This document shows, in pieces, positions 21,002 to 32,500 of a DNA stretch of 64,000 nucleotides (positions within the stretch are counted from its first letter, which is position 1; each line of letters starts with the position of its first letter). Below the pieces are notes generated by a model, which ran no database searches, was not told the origin of the DNA, and was given only the letters and a program-made list of their open reading frames with translations. The position numbers and the translations under genes were made by a program. This DNA comes from Schmidtea polychroa (Eukaryota): NCBI GenBank assembly GCA_044892525.1, contig CM097886.1, forward strand, positions 31,186,001 to 31,250,000, written 5' to 3'.

Positions 21002-24000
21002 CTATATACGTGAGTTTGGAGGGCGCTGAGCGTTCCAGGCCTCCACCCACTGTTCTTGTTTGATATCACTTGGTCGTTTCACTCGATGTTGGAAATTTCT
21101 GATTCGAGTCATCTCTAGTTCTCCGCGGTGTCGTTTATCCTTAATTATTTTTATTGTTCCCCCCGTTATGATTAGGAATGCCCCTGTTATTATTATCCCA
21201 CTGATCCACATCATCTGCTTCACGCTTATACTCTCTGGTTTTTCCTGGTTTGTTAATGTTGATATTGCTTCTGCACTTTTCTCGTTCCCTCTTTTGCCGT
21301 TTCCTTTCATCCTTTCCCGTATTCTTGCTATTTCCTCGTTCATACCCTCCTTTGCCATCTTTTGTATTTTTTCCATCTCTTCTTCCGAAACATAGTTGTC
21401 CTGAGCTTCCTCGCCGGTTTTCTTGTGCTTTCCTCCTTCGTCCTTTTCGTCGCGGTTTTTCCTTTTCTTTCCTCTTTTCCCCGGGTATCGTCGGCATTCT
21501 CTTTTTGATTCGTTTCTCCAGATACAAACCGTATATTCCTTCGGGGGCTGCTGCTGCGTCACATATTGATGGCATCTCTCACCCGGTCCTAATCTTGAAA
21601 TACAGACTTTGTGCTCTTTTCTTGGTTGGAGCTGCGTTATTACTACTTCGCCACCTTTTCCTAGGTGTACCTCTTTTCCTTTAACGTTCGTTATTCTTTT
21701 CCCGTCTCGATTTCGGTATGCTTCTTGTATTCTTACTTCTGTTATTGGTTCTGTGTCCTCATTTATTAGTACTAGTTTCTGATACGCTCTAGACATGCAT
21801 CTTCCTAGTATGCACCGTTCCTTTAAGTCCCATTCTTCCTTTAAATCCCACTGCTGCTCTTGTGCTTGCTTTTTCTTTTCTTGTTTTAGTTCGTCCTCTT
21901 TGCTATCTTGATTCTCCGCTTCTTTGGTTTCTTTTATCGTTCTCGTCCCTCCATGAGCTGTTACTAACTCTATCATGGTAAGCATAATTATCATTAATAT
22001 CATATTTGTCTCTATTTCTTTGTTAGTGAAAGGTAGGCATACCCTCTGTTTTCCATTATTCGATTTTTCCTCCTCTTTGGTCTTAGTTCCCGGGCTGTTT
22101 CCCTCTCTTTTCGTATCCGAATCCTTGTTTTCCGGTTTACCCCCCTCCGGTTCTCTTTTCTCTTTATCCTCCTTTCGGCCTTTTCCGTTATTGTCATCGT
22201 GTTTATCTCCCCCGCTGTCGTTTAAAATGTCGTCCTCGACATTTATATCGTTCAATAATCTGCGATATGTTGTTAGCACTCTGTTTCTTGCTAATTTTGC
22301 TTCGAATTCAAACTCCTTTCTGCCCGTTGCAGCGTGTCTCTTTCTATTCCATTCTTTGACTAATTCTCTTAATTGAATGCGACGATGTTTCCCAATTCTT
22401 TGTTGCTCGTTCTGATTTTGCGTGAATTTTAGGTCTTCTCTATTTAATACTATTAAAATAATTTTAGGCGTCCCCCCCTTAGTTAGGGTATTCTTTACCA
22501 TCGCATTTTCTCCGTTTTCGTAGAATTCGTTTACATTTATCGCATATTTATTATTTTGTGGTACTCTCCAGGTTAATAATAATTTCATTGCTTCTCGATT
22601 TTTCCGTACCGTATTCCATTGAAACTGAGATGTGTTTTTGCACATATTTTCAACTTCTTCTTTTGTCGCATTTTTGCAAATAAATCTGATCATTTCTAAG
22701 TTTGGCTGTATGGTTGCCCAGTCCAAGGTGGAATTTCCTTCATTGGACCTTTCGTCTAGTTTCGATCCTGATTGATGTAGGATGTGGAGTGTTTTTGGGT
22801 GTATTTTCGTTATAGCTGCATACATCATGGCGGTTTCACCTTGTTCATTTTTCGTGTTGGTTTCCTCGCCCATCTCCCCAAGGATTCTCATGATCGTTAT
22901 TGCTCTATTCTCTTTTGCAGCTAGTATTGCTTGTTGTAGAGGTGTTCTGGAATCCTTCGTTACCATCGTAAATGCTCGAGGCAAGAAGGTTTTGATTTTC
23001 CCGATATCTAAATCCGTGGTTTGATCTCTTGCGTATGTGTGTACGGTTTTTATTATTTTGGACAATATTATTTCGTCTGGCAGCTCTAGCATTTCCTCAA
23101 AGAACACTTCTTTTGCTTTGCGTATTATTGCCTCTTGATCTATACTCATTGATTTGGTTTCGATGACGTTGTTTGTGACCGTTTGGTTCGTTGTTGACTT
23201 TGATTCCCTGGATTTCTCATACCTTATTTTCGTTTTCTTTCCGTTTGGATTATTGATTCGTTCCTCTGCTGTAAGTATTTGGATAATATTCAGGTAATTC
23301 TCGCGGATGTTATTCATTGTGTCCATCATATATAACACACTTACCGTTTCCCAATATTTATTTCGTACTTGGTTAGTAAATTGGAATAGGGATTTTTCGA
23401 ATGTGTCGATTCGCTTTTTTGCTAACTGTTCGTCTTTATGATTTGTGAATTTTATCCCTCGTTCTAGTAATTGATTCGGGATTTCGAATAACTGATGTCC
23501 TTTCATAGCTTCTCTCATCAGCGTGTTCTCTCCTCTCGTGAACGCTTCGTTTACGTTGATCATATAATCGTTTCGAATTGGATTTCTCCATGTGATTAAT
23601 ATTCCGGTAATTGTCGTCAGTTTTTCTTTGATCGCTGTTAACAATCCATCATACATGTTTCCGACTTCCCGATTGTCCTCATATGATAGTAGTTCCATCA
23701 ATGACGTGAACGCCTCGGTACTTCTCCCTTCGATAGCATGGTGTAGAGCGTTTTTCCGCTCGTGGTCTTGTGTAGTTATTTTCGATCCGGTATCGAGTAA
23801 CGCGGTTATAATGTCTTTTGTTTTACCTCTGTTTGCGGCTATCATTAATGGTGTGTAACCTTGGTTGTTTGTTTGTTCTGTTGATCGCTTGCAGTCGTGA
23901 AATGCTTCTATTGTTTCTAGTATTTGCTCGTTGTTACCTACTTTCATGAGTTTGTGTAATGGTGTGTCTCCGTAATGATCTGTTATTGTAAATAATATTG

Positions 24001-26521
24001 GCCATTGGCTTTTGACTACTCGCAATAATGGGTGTGTCCTTTCTCTATTTGCATAGTTCTCGATCATCGTCAATAATCCTCCTAATATTTCGAAATCTAA
24101 TCGATCTTTTGCCCATCCAGGTATTTTAATTTTTACCTCCTTTACAATCTTTTCCGCTTCTGATGGTTGGATACCTAATCGTCCAGTGATCGGTTCTGCG
24201 AGTTGCTGCATCATGTTCATTCGGTAGGTTTGCGAACGTGTGGTTAATGTACGGCCTTCTGGTTGACTAGTGGCTGTTTTTGGAATTGATTTGCATCGTG
24301 CCACGTTTACGTATATTGGCCTGGTAAAGGGGTTATTTACCAATTTCACTCTTACATTAGTTTCGCCTACGAATAAGATTTCATAGGGTCCTTTTCCGTT
24401 GCGTTGTAACTTTTTTGTGGTTCCTGGAATTAATTCCGGGGTTTCTATCATTACCCAATCACCTGTTTGGAACGTATGTTGCTTCACGTTTTTCTTTCGA
24501 TCGTGTAAATCTTTATAACTTTCCTGGTAGAACTTGATATTTAATCCCGCAGTTTCCCAAATTTCTTGCATTCTTTCCTTGAATCTCGTAACATAATCGT
24601 CGATCTCCATATACTGCGATATCGGTGGTTGGTATTCCAGGTCCATTGGCATGTTGCACTCTCTTCCGTACATTAATTTAAATGGGCTCATTTTCGTTGA
24701 TTCGTGAATTGACATTCTGTACGCCATAAGACATAGGTTTATATATTCGTCCCAATCTCGTTGGTGACGATCGACGTAATTTGATAACATTTGTATAAGT
24801 GTTCCATTAAATCTTTCCGTCATCCCATTGGTTTGAGGGTGGTATGGAGATGTTCTTAGTTTTGCTATTTTGAAGTAATTTGTTACTTCGCTCATTATCT
24901 CACTCATAAAATTAGTTCCCTGATCGGTTAAGATTTGTTTTGGTGTTCCATATCGGCAACATATCTCTTCTACCAAAATTTTTGCGATTGTTTTAGCTTT
25001 TTGGTCTGGCATCGCGAATGCTTCTGGGAATTTCGTAAGAAAGTCTGTGATCACTAGAATGTAAACGTTTCCTTTATCTGACTCTGGTAGTGGACCAACT
25101 ACGTCCATGGATATCATTGTCATTGGTTCTATTGGTACTGGCATTGGCGTTAAAGGTGCTTTCCATTTCGATCCAGTATTCTTCCTGGTTGCACAAGTTA
25201 GACAATTTTTTACCCATTCGGTTACATCTTCAGTTAACGTAGGCCAAAAATATTTCTGTTTCATTCTTGCTAACGTCTTTTTCGATGACATATGTCCTCC
25301 CAATCTCCCATCGTGATATTGCGTTAGTAACTCTTTTCGTCGGTTTTCCGGTATACACATTAATCGTTTTTCCCCATCCATTATCAGCAACCAATCTTTC
25401 TCTATAATATATCGGTGTCGGTGTTTATCCATATGTTCTTTTAATTTTTGGTCTTTCGCATATACCTCTGTCTTTCCGGTTTTTACATAATCGATAATTT
25501 GTTTTAATTCCGCGTCCTCTTGTTGGTCCTTTCGCAATTGACAGAAATCCAAATCTTCCGCTACTATTAAGCATATGCGTTGCATTTCTGAATCCACCAA
25601 ATCTGGGAAAATAAATCTTGACATACAATCGGCGTTGGCATTTGCTCTTCCCGCTTTGAATTTTATAAATGGGGAGTATTCTTGCAATTGCATGGCCCAT
25701 CTCATCAGTCTACTGGACGCTTCTTTATGTTGCCCTAACCACACTAATGGTTGATGATCTGTGGTTATACATATCTCATGTCCCCATAGTAAGTATCGGA
25801 AGTGTTTGATAGCTTGTATTATAGCCAATGCTTCCCGTTCTGTTACCGAATAGTTCTTTTCGTGCTTTTTGAATGTTCGACTGTAATACCCGATTACTCT
25901 CTCTTTTCCTTCATCATCTAATTGTCCCAGAATCGCGCCTGCCGCGTACCCGCTTGCATCCGTTGCCAATAGAAATGGCTTCTTAAAATCTGGGTGTACG
26001 AGGATAGGTGCTTCGATTAGTTTATCTCTCAGCGTTTCGAACGCCTGTTGTTGTTCTTTTTCCCAAATGAACGAAATATCCTTCTTTACTAATTCCTGGA
26101 TTGGTTTTGCAATTCCTGCATAATTTTTGATAAATTTGCGATAGTATCCGCATAATCCTAGAAATTCCTGAACTTGGGTGACAGTTTTCGGTGCTGGACA
26201 TGTTTTTATTTTCTCAATGTTTCTTGGATCTGGCTCCTTTCCTTTAGCTGACACTATGTGTCCTAAAAACGTGACTTTTTCCTTTGCCCAATCGCATTTT
26301 GATGGTTTGAGTTTGAGTTTCCACTGTCTTAATCTAATAAATACGTTTCGGATATCTTCTAGATGTTGTTCAAATGTCGCTGAATAGATTAGTAAATCAT
26401 CAATATATACCATACATTGTTTGATTCCATGGGTGACAAAGTTCATACACCGTTGAAATGATGCTGGTGCGTTAGTCAGTCCAAATGGCATTTTCCTGAA
26501 TTGATATAGATCTCGTCCCAA
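21002..26521 (-). CDS. Polyprotein part 2: RT C-half, RNase H, integrase (HHCC, DDE, GPY), two ankyrin blocks, signal/TM, FN3-like ectodomain, TM, tail
   Basis: MPFGLTNAPASFQR, VYIDDLLI, LATDASG, TDHQPL, HDGRLGGH..CLTC, SMDVVGP, TDQGTNF, NGMTERFN, GPYEI; GDTPLH, GYTPLMIAA, KNALHHA, RTPLQQA, GETAMMYAA. Confidence 0.93.
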   Translation of the reverse strand: MGRDLYQFRKMPFGLTNAPASFQRCMNFVTHGIKQCMVYIDDLLIYSATFEQHLEDIRNVFIRLRQWKLKLKPSKCDWAKEKVTFLGHIVSAKGKEPDPRNIEKIKTCPAPKTVTQVQEFLGLCGYYRKFIKNYAGIAKPIQELVKKDISFIWEKEQQQAFETLRDKLIEAPILVHPDFKKPFLLATDASGYAAGAILGQLDDEGKERVIGYYSRTFKKHEKNYSVTEREALAIIQAIKHFRYLLWGHEICITTDHQPLVWLGQHKEASSRLMRWAMQLQEYSPFIKFKAGRANANADCMSRFIFPDLVDSEMQRICLIVAEDLDFCQLRKDQQEDAELKQIIDYVKTGKTEVYAKDQKLKEHMDKHRHRYIIEKDWLLIMDGEKRLMCIPENRRKELLTQYHDGRLGGHMSSKKTLARMKQKYFWPTLTEDVTEWVKNCLTCATRKNTGSKWKAPLTPMPVPIEPMTMISMDVVGPLPESDKGNVYILVITDFLTKFPEAFAMPDQKAKTIAKILVEEICCRYGTPKQILTDQGTNFMSEIMSEVTNYFKIAKLRTSPYHPQTNGMTERFNGTLIQMLSNYVDRHQRDWDEYINLCLMAYRMSIHESTKMSPFKLMYGRECNMPMDLEYQPPISQYMEIDDYVTRFKERMQEIWETAGLNIKFYQESYKDLHDRKKNVKQHTFQTGDWVMIETPELIPGTTKKLQRNGKGPYEILFVGETNVRVKLVNNPFTRPIYVNVARCKSIPKTATSQPEGRTLTTRSQTYRMNMMQQLAEPITGRLGIQPSEAEKIVKEVKIKIPGWAKDRLDFEILGGLLTMIENYANRERTHPLLRVVKSQWPILFTITDHYGDTPLHKLMKVGNNEQILETIEAFHDCKRSTEQTNNQGYTPLMIAANRGKTKDIITALLDTGSKITTQDHERKNALHHAIEGRSTEAFTSLMELLSYEDNREVGNMYDGLLTAIKEKLTTITGILITWRNPIRNDYMINVNEAFTRGENTLMREAMKGHQLFEIPNQLLERGIKFTNHKDEQLAKKRIDTFEKSLFQFTNQVRNKYWETVSVLYMMDTMNNIRENYLNIIQILTAEERINNPNGKKTKIRYEKSRESKSTTNQTVTNNVIETKSMSIDQEAIIRKAKEVFFEEMLELPDEIILSKIIKTVHTYARDQTTDLDIGKIKTFLPRAFTMVTKDSRTPLQQAILAAKENRAITIMRILGEMGEETNTKNEQGETAMMYAAITKIHPKTLHILHQSGSKLDERSNEGNSTLDWATIQPNLEMIRFICKNATKEEVENMCKNTSQFQWNTVRKNREAMKLLLTWRVPQNNKYAINVNEFYENGENAMVKNTLTKGGTPKIILIVLNREDLKFTQNQNEQQRIGKHRRIQLRELVKEWNRKRHAATGRKEFEFEAKLARNRVLTTYRRLLNDINVEDDILNDSGGDKHDDNNGKGRKEDKEKREPEGGKPENKDSDTKREGNSPGTKTKEEEKSNNGKQRVCLPFTNKEIETNMILMIIMLTMIELVTAHGGTRTIKETKEAENQDSKEDELKQEKKKQAQEQQWDLKEEWDLKERCILGRCMSRAYQKLVLINEDTEPITEVRIQEAYRNRDGKRITNVKGKEVHLGKGGEVVITQLQPRKEHKVCISRLGPGERCHQYVTQQQPPKEYTVCIWRNESKRECRRYPGKRGKKRKNRDEKDEGGKHKKTGEEAQDNYVSEEEMEKIQKMAKEGMNEEIARIRERMKGNGKRGNEKSAEAISTLTNQEKPESISVKQMMWISGIIITGAFLIITGGTIKIIKDKRHRGELEMTRIRNFQHRVKRPSDIKQEQWVEAWNAQRPPNSRI

Positions 26522-29500
26522 CGTGAAAGCTGTTTTCTCTTTGTCCTCATCTTTGACTTTAATCTGCCAGTATCCACTTTTAGATCTAAAGAAGTAAAAT
26601 ATGCTGCCCCTTGCAACATCAATAACATCTCATTGATGTCCGGCAATGGATAGGTATCTCTCTTGGTCACTGCGTTTAACTTCCGATAATCGATACAGAA
26701 TCGTTGGGTGCCATCTTTCTTTTTTACCATGACCACTGGGAATTGCCAAGGTGAGCAACTTGGTTCGATTACTTTTGCGTCTAGCATCTTTTGTACTTCT
26801 GTTTCGGCTATTTCTTTCTGCATTTCTGCTAGCTTGTATGGTCTCAATGCAATTGGGGTTTCGTCTATGAGTGGTATTGCATGTAAGGTAACATCACATG
26901 TACCCAAGTCTAAATCTGAGATGGCGAATATATCTTTATATTCTACCAACAATCGGTGCAATTTTTTCTTTTCGTCATTCGTCAACAACATACTATCTAT
27001 TGTCCATAATTCATCATCTTTGATCATCTCGTTGGTCACTTTCGGTAATTCTATGTCCATCATTGGGGTCAATCTTCCCAATTTTTCGTTCTCATAAATG
27101 ATTTTGTCTTCCTCTTCGAAATTCGTGATGTTGAGCGGTATCACTCCTTCTTGGTTTATTGTGATTATTTCTCTTGCGAGTGGTAATTCTCGTCGCTTTT
27201 CGAATGACTTGCTTGGTTCAAAGATAACTTCTCCTTCCATACCCGTATCCACTTTTATCTGACAAATCATCTGCGATTTTGCTGGTACTATTATTTTTTC
27301 TGGACATCTGATGACTGCATTCATTTTGCATATTCTACCGGTTTTGTCTTTTAAACACATGGTTGTTAAGTCAATTACGACTTCCTTTAACAATTCTGGC
27401 ATCAAATCCGTTCCGATTATGCATGGTACGCTAAGTTTTGGTATTACTGCCAAATACGTTTCAATTTCGTTGTCCTGGTATCTCAATGTAGTCCACCATC
27501 TTCCGACCACGTCCACTGTTTCTTTACTACATGCTATAATGTGAATTGTTGTTGATTCGATATCCTTCCAGTGTTTACTGGGGATTTGATTAATCGCTAT
27601 CGCTGATACATTAGCTCCGGTGTCTATCATAGCATTGGTTTCTTTACCATTGATTTGAATCATAACTGTTACTGCTGGACCTCCAGGTAAACTCATCGCT
27701 GCTATTGTTCTTACGTCATCTGCTTGATCTACACTTTTGGTACGTCGTGTTGGCATATAATGCATACCGGGTTGACTCGGTAATTGCGGATACATATTTT
27801 GTGTCATGGTCAAAGCTGTTTGTGGTCCCACGATATCCGGTGGTATATAGCTTCCATTGGCGATCCAGGTGTTTGTCTTTTCCTTTTCCCAATATGGTGC
27901 CGTTTCCATTGGTTTTTCGTTTGGGTTTCTGTTTGGATAAAGACATTTATCGTTCCCGTTATCATCGTCGTCACTATCGCTGTTAGATGATTGGCTTCTA
28001 AATCGGTCCAAGAATTTTGGCTTATTCTTTTTCAATTGTCGTCTTGTTGCTTCATCGTACATTACTTTCCGGAATCGTCTGCCTACTTCCTCGTCGGTTC
28101 CTTTAATCTTTGTTAATATTTTAATCAATCGCTTTATCCGATGAATGTCTTTTGAGTGACCATGTAATACCATGGTTTTAGCTAAAAATGGTAAGAAGCC
28201 TACTATCATTTTCCAATTTACTTTCTTTTCTCGCTTGTATATATCAAAACAAGCTAACATTTGTGTTAGTATTACTCTGACTATCTGAATTATGAGTATG
28301 ATCCCTAATATCCCGGCCATCATTTGTCCAAAAACTAAGAATCTTCCCCACATTGCTTTCATCATGTTTGACGTAGCTTGTTGAAAATGGTCTGGCGATA
28401 ATAGCAGCTCGTAATTCGGGCCTGATTGATAGTTTGTGCCCCCAGTTATTGTTACCATATTAGACAAAATGGATTCTCGTCTGGCTGGAAAGAGTACGTT
28501 AAGCCGTGCTGTTTCTAGATCTTCTGGGGAATACATACCACCGTTTGACACGTCTATAGGTTTGAAATCTAGCTCTGTGGCGAGTTCTATTAATCCAAAT
28601 TTCTTGGGTTCCTCGGATATGGTTTTTCCCGGTAACATCATCCATTTCCCATCGGGTCTTTCATACAAAGGTCCGTATGCATTAGAACAGTTAAAGAGAT
28701 TTGGGTAGAAACCCACTGGATTCATAATTCTAGTGACTGGTTGGACGAATCGATTTTGTCCTTTATAACGAATTTCTAATTCATTTGCACATCTCTTTTC
28801 GGGTAGTATGGATTTTTCTGGCATTCGTGCATACGTCTTGGTACACTGGTATGTGTACATCACTTCTCCTACCATTCTACCAAAGTGTCCATCTGGTAAT
28901 GGGAGTGATGGCATCGTGTTATCTGGGTGCGTTATCGCAATAGCTAGCTTTGTTTTCAATATTTCTTTATTCAATGAACAATCGTTTTGTATCAGATCGT
29001 AATATACTTTTTGCAAGGTCGTTTGTCCGCGATGAAATAGAAAATCCATTTTATTATTTGCATATAAGTATAGTTTTACGTCCTCCGTTGCTATCTTTCC
29101 CACTGCTCTATCGATTATTTGTCTCGACATATAGATACCTGCGTAATTGGTTTTATATACTATACTGTCACATTTGGTGGTTTCTTTCTCTTTGATAAAT
29201 CTCATACCTAGATCTGGATCGTCTGTGATTAATGCTGTTGGTGTCTTCTGCGTTGAAAGTCTCTTTTCTCTGGGAGATGGTGGCATTGGTTTTCCATTTC
29301 GCATTCTCACTCTGTCGTTTCCATCCTCGTCGTTCTCGTTCTCATATATTTCTCCTTTTACTTCATTGAACAAAGCACTTTTTAACAGTTGGAGTCGGCA
29401 TTTTTGGGTATTAGCTTCATAGATTATAGTTGATACTCCTGTCCTGCATACGTTTTCTGTAGCTCTACACGTTGGGTTGGTCTTCATTTGGTAATTATTT

Positions 29501-32500
29501 GCGTCAAATTGCGCTTCGTATTCTTTTAATTCGACCGTGTAAGACTCGATCACTACAACTCCCGATATTACCTCGCCTCGGATCGTATACGTACCTCCGT
29601 TACATGACCCATCTGATGATTTTACTTTTCCGGATACGTAAACACTTTCGGTTTTAATCATTCCAGTTTGTCCGTGAATTGTCACTCCGTTATGCATTTT
29701 TAGCGCTCCGGTTCTAAATAGCTCTTTACAATCCTCTCGTTGTATTGATACGATTTCCTTATCCAGACCGGGTAGTATAAGAGTCGAATACGAATATTGT
29801 CCACAGTAATATGCGAGTACCTTTTTTGATACTACGCATTCCCTTGCTTGCGTTCTGATGAAATCTGATTCTTGATATACATGGTAAGTAACTTTTGTTC
29901 TCACGATGTCCAATTTGTTGGGTGAGGCTTGTCTGCATTCTTCTATGTCTCTCAATGAGTATTTATCTCTCATTATCATATTATCACAATCGTAGATGGT
30001 GAAACCTGTTGCTCCACTTGTGCACAACATCCATATCATCATAGTCATCATTAACGAATTTATTGATGCTTTTCTGCTTGCGGGATCTTTCATCGGTAGT
30101 TCCCATTCTAGTTCATTTAACAGTTTTTTCAATCTAACTTGCATCGACCTTTCTTGCTCATTTTTCCGTGGCGCTTGTATCAGTCTTTTCCATCCTCCTG
30201 CACGAATAATATGTGGTTCAATAGTATTCTCTATGATTGAAACGGTCATTTCCACATGATTTGCAAACTGTTTATTTGGTATTTTCCTCGCAGCTAGTCC
30301 CATCAAATTATACATCAAATAAGTGATTACCACTAGGTGATGTTCGTCATCATTTGCATTTGTCGTGAGCTGCTCAATCACTCTCTTTGTTTCGTCCCAA
30401 TCCGTTTTGGTGGTTTTCGTTTTCTCTTTGATTAACTTTGGGATTATCCCCGAAATGGTGTGCCATAATTGTCTAGCTTCCGTACTGGCTACTTTCCGTT
30501 GCCACAAACGTCTAAGTTGTGGGTTTGTTATTATTAACATATCTTTTAACAATTCTCGTATCCATTTTTCTCCTCTTTCGATCGTTGGTTGGGCTTCCTT
30601 TAGATCCCATACTATTTTATCCAATTTTTCTAATCGAACTTGCCCTTGTTCTTGCTTTAATTGTTCTTTGGTTTTGAACTCAGACTTTTCTCCTTGTTTC
30701 TTAGGTCTTCCTTTTGCCCGTTTTTCCATCATCGTTCCGGCTTCTCTGGTATTTTCGTAATTCGGATTTCTTTCGTTATCCGTTCTGGGTAATGAGCTAT
30801 CGTTATTTCTTAGCCACTCATTCCATTCGTCTATTATTTTGTCGGTTTGACCTTCTGGTGTTACTTTCGTTGGTTCTCTTTGCTTCTGGAATTGTTCATC
30901 CGTTTCGGTTTCCGTAGTATTGTCGATGATTTCTTTGATGTTCAGTTTCGTTGGTTGTTGATAACTCGTTGATGGCTGGTTATTAGTCCACATTTCGGCT
31001 CCTGTCGGCCATCTCACTAATAGCGGTGATCTTTCTCCTGGTTCATCGTCACTATCTTCCAGGATTATCTCTTCAACTTCTTCAGTTTCATTAGATTTAC
31101 TTGGTGCTTTGTTCGGACTTGGAGTACTCAAACTGCCTTTTGTTGGTTTAATAATTTTACTTTTCCTTTTTAACGGTTTTCCCAACGTTTCTGCCATTGT
31201 TAATACATTTGTCTCTTCCAATCTCATGGGGGTTATCCCGATGTCTGCATTATCGTCTAGTGATTTTCCGAACAGTTGCAGATGGAATGGAGTTTCATAT
31301 GCTAATTTCTTTTTTAATTCTCTAATTTTTGTTGTTGGATGCACCTCTAGTTCCTCGATGCTCTTGTCTGGATACTTGATTCGGATGTGATACCTCTCCT
31401 GGGTGTCTTGTGCCCATTCCTGATTTCTCCATTTTCGAATAATTTGTTCTAGCTGTTCTGGATACCATTCATTATATTGCCGGTATTCCTCTATTGCCTT
31501 TGCCATTCCTCTCAGATTGTGGATGTCCTCTGATGTCTTTAAGATGATGTTAGCCAACGCTACTACTTGGCGTCTTTGATTTTTCGCTCCCATTGCTAAA
31601 ATATCGCCTAATTGTTTATATCTTTCTTTCTCTTCTCGTTCTCTTGCTTCCGTCGCTTCCTCGCCGTCCATATCAGCATATTCACGTTCCTTTTTCCTCA
31701 TTGCATGAATATGTCTCGCTTCATTTTCGCTTTCTGATGTGACATCCGTCTCGCCTTCGTCATCTGATGTCTGTCCCCTTGCTTCCTCTTCATATTCTGG
31801 GGGTTCCTCTTCTTCTTCCTCCGATTCACTTTCTGTCTCACCAATGTCTGTTTCCACGAAGGTTCCTTTCCGGATTTCCCATTCCTTACTTTCTGCATTC
31901 CACACTCTTTCCCATGGGGTTCGTCTGCAGGATCTGGTGCTTAATTTCGTGATTTTTCCTTGTAGTTCTTTTTCTTTTAACCATTGTTGGTGGATTTTAA
32001 TTATTTCCGTAGATTTTTGATATAACGTTTTCATCCGGTCTCGTATTTCTTTTTGATAGGTTACATCTCTTGTTCGAAATTCATCCATTGGTACTATCCT
32101 GATTATCTGATGATTGTCCCACATACCCATTTCGCTTAACGAGGTGTCGTCCTCCGCTCGTAATATTATCTTATCGTACATCATGACTACATCATCCACC
32201 ATACCATCACTACTTTCGCTACGTACCTTCTCCGTTATCTCTTGGTTTATTTTTGATACCAAGTCATCCACTGTACTCTGATTGCTCATTTTTATTCGTC
32301 GTTTTTCTTCGTTCGGTAACCATATGGTTATTTCCAACCTCTGTGGCTGGGTTTCTTTTAACCTTCCATATTTGTGGATCAAATTTATGGTTCTCCAATC
32401 ACTCATTCGGAGCATTTCTGTATCTCGCAACCGGCTCATTAGTTCGTACATGGCTGGGGCTCGTCTGGTGATGAGTAAATCCCAGTTGTCTTCTACTTGC

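Noticed and set aside
26560-26600. Programmed ribosomal frameshift
   Set aside because: Falls inside a conserved RT motif in a short A-run, with no heptameric slippery site at a domain boundary; a lesion or sequencing error is more parsimonious.
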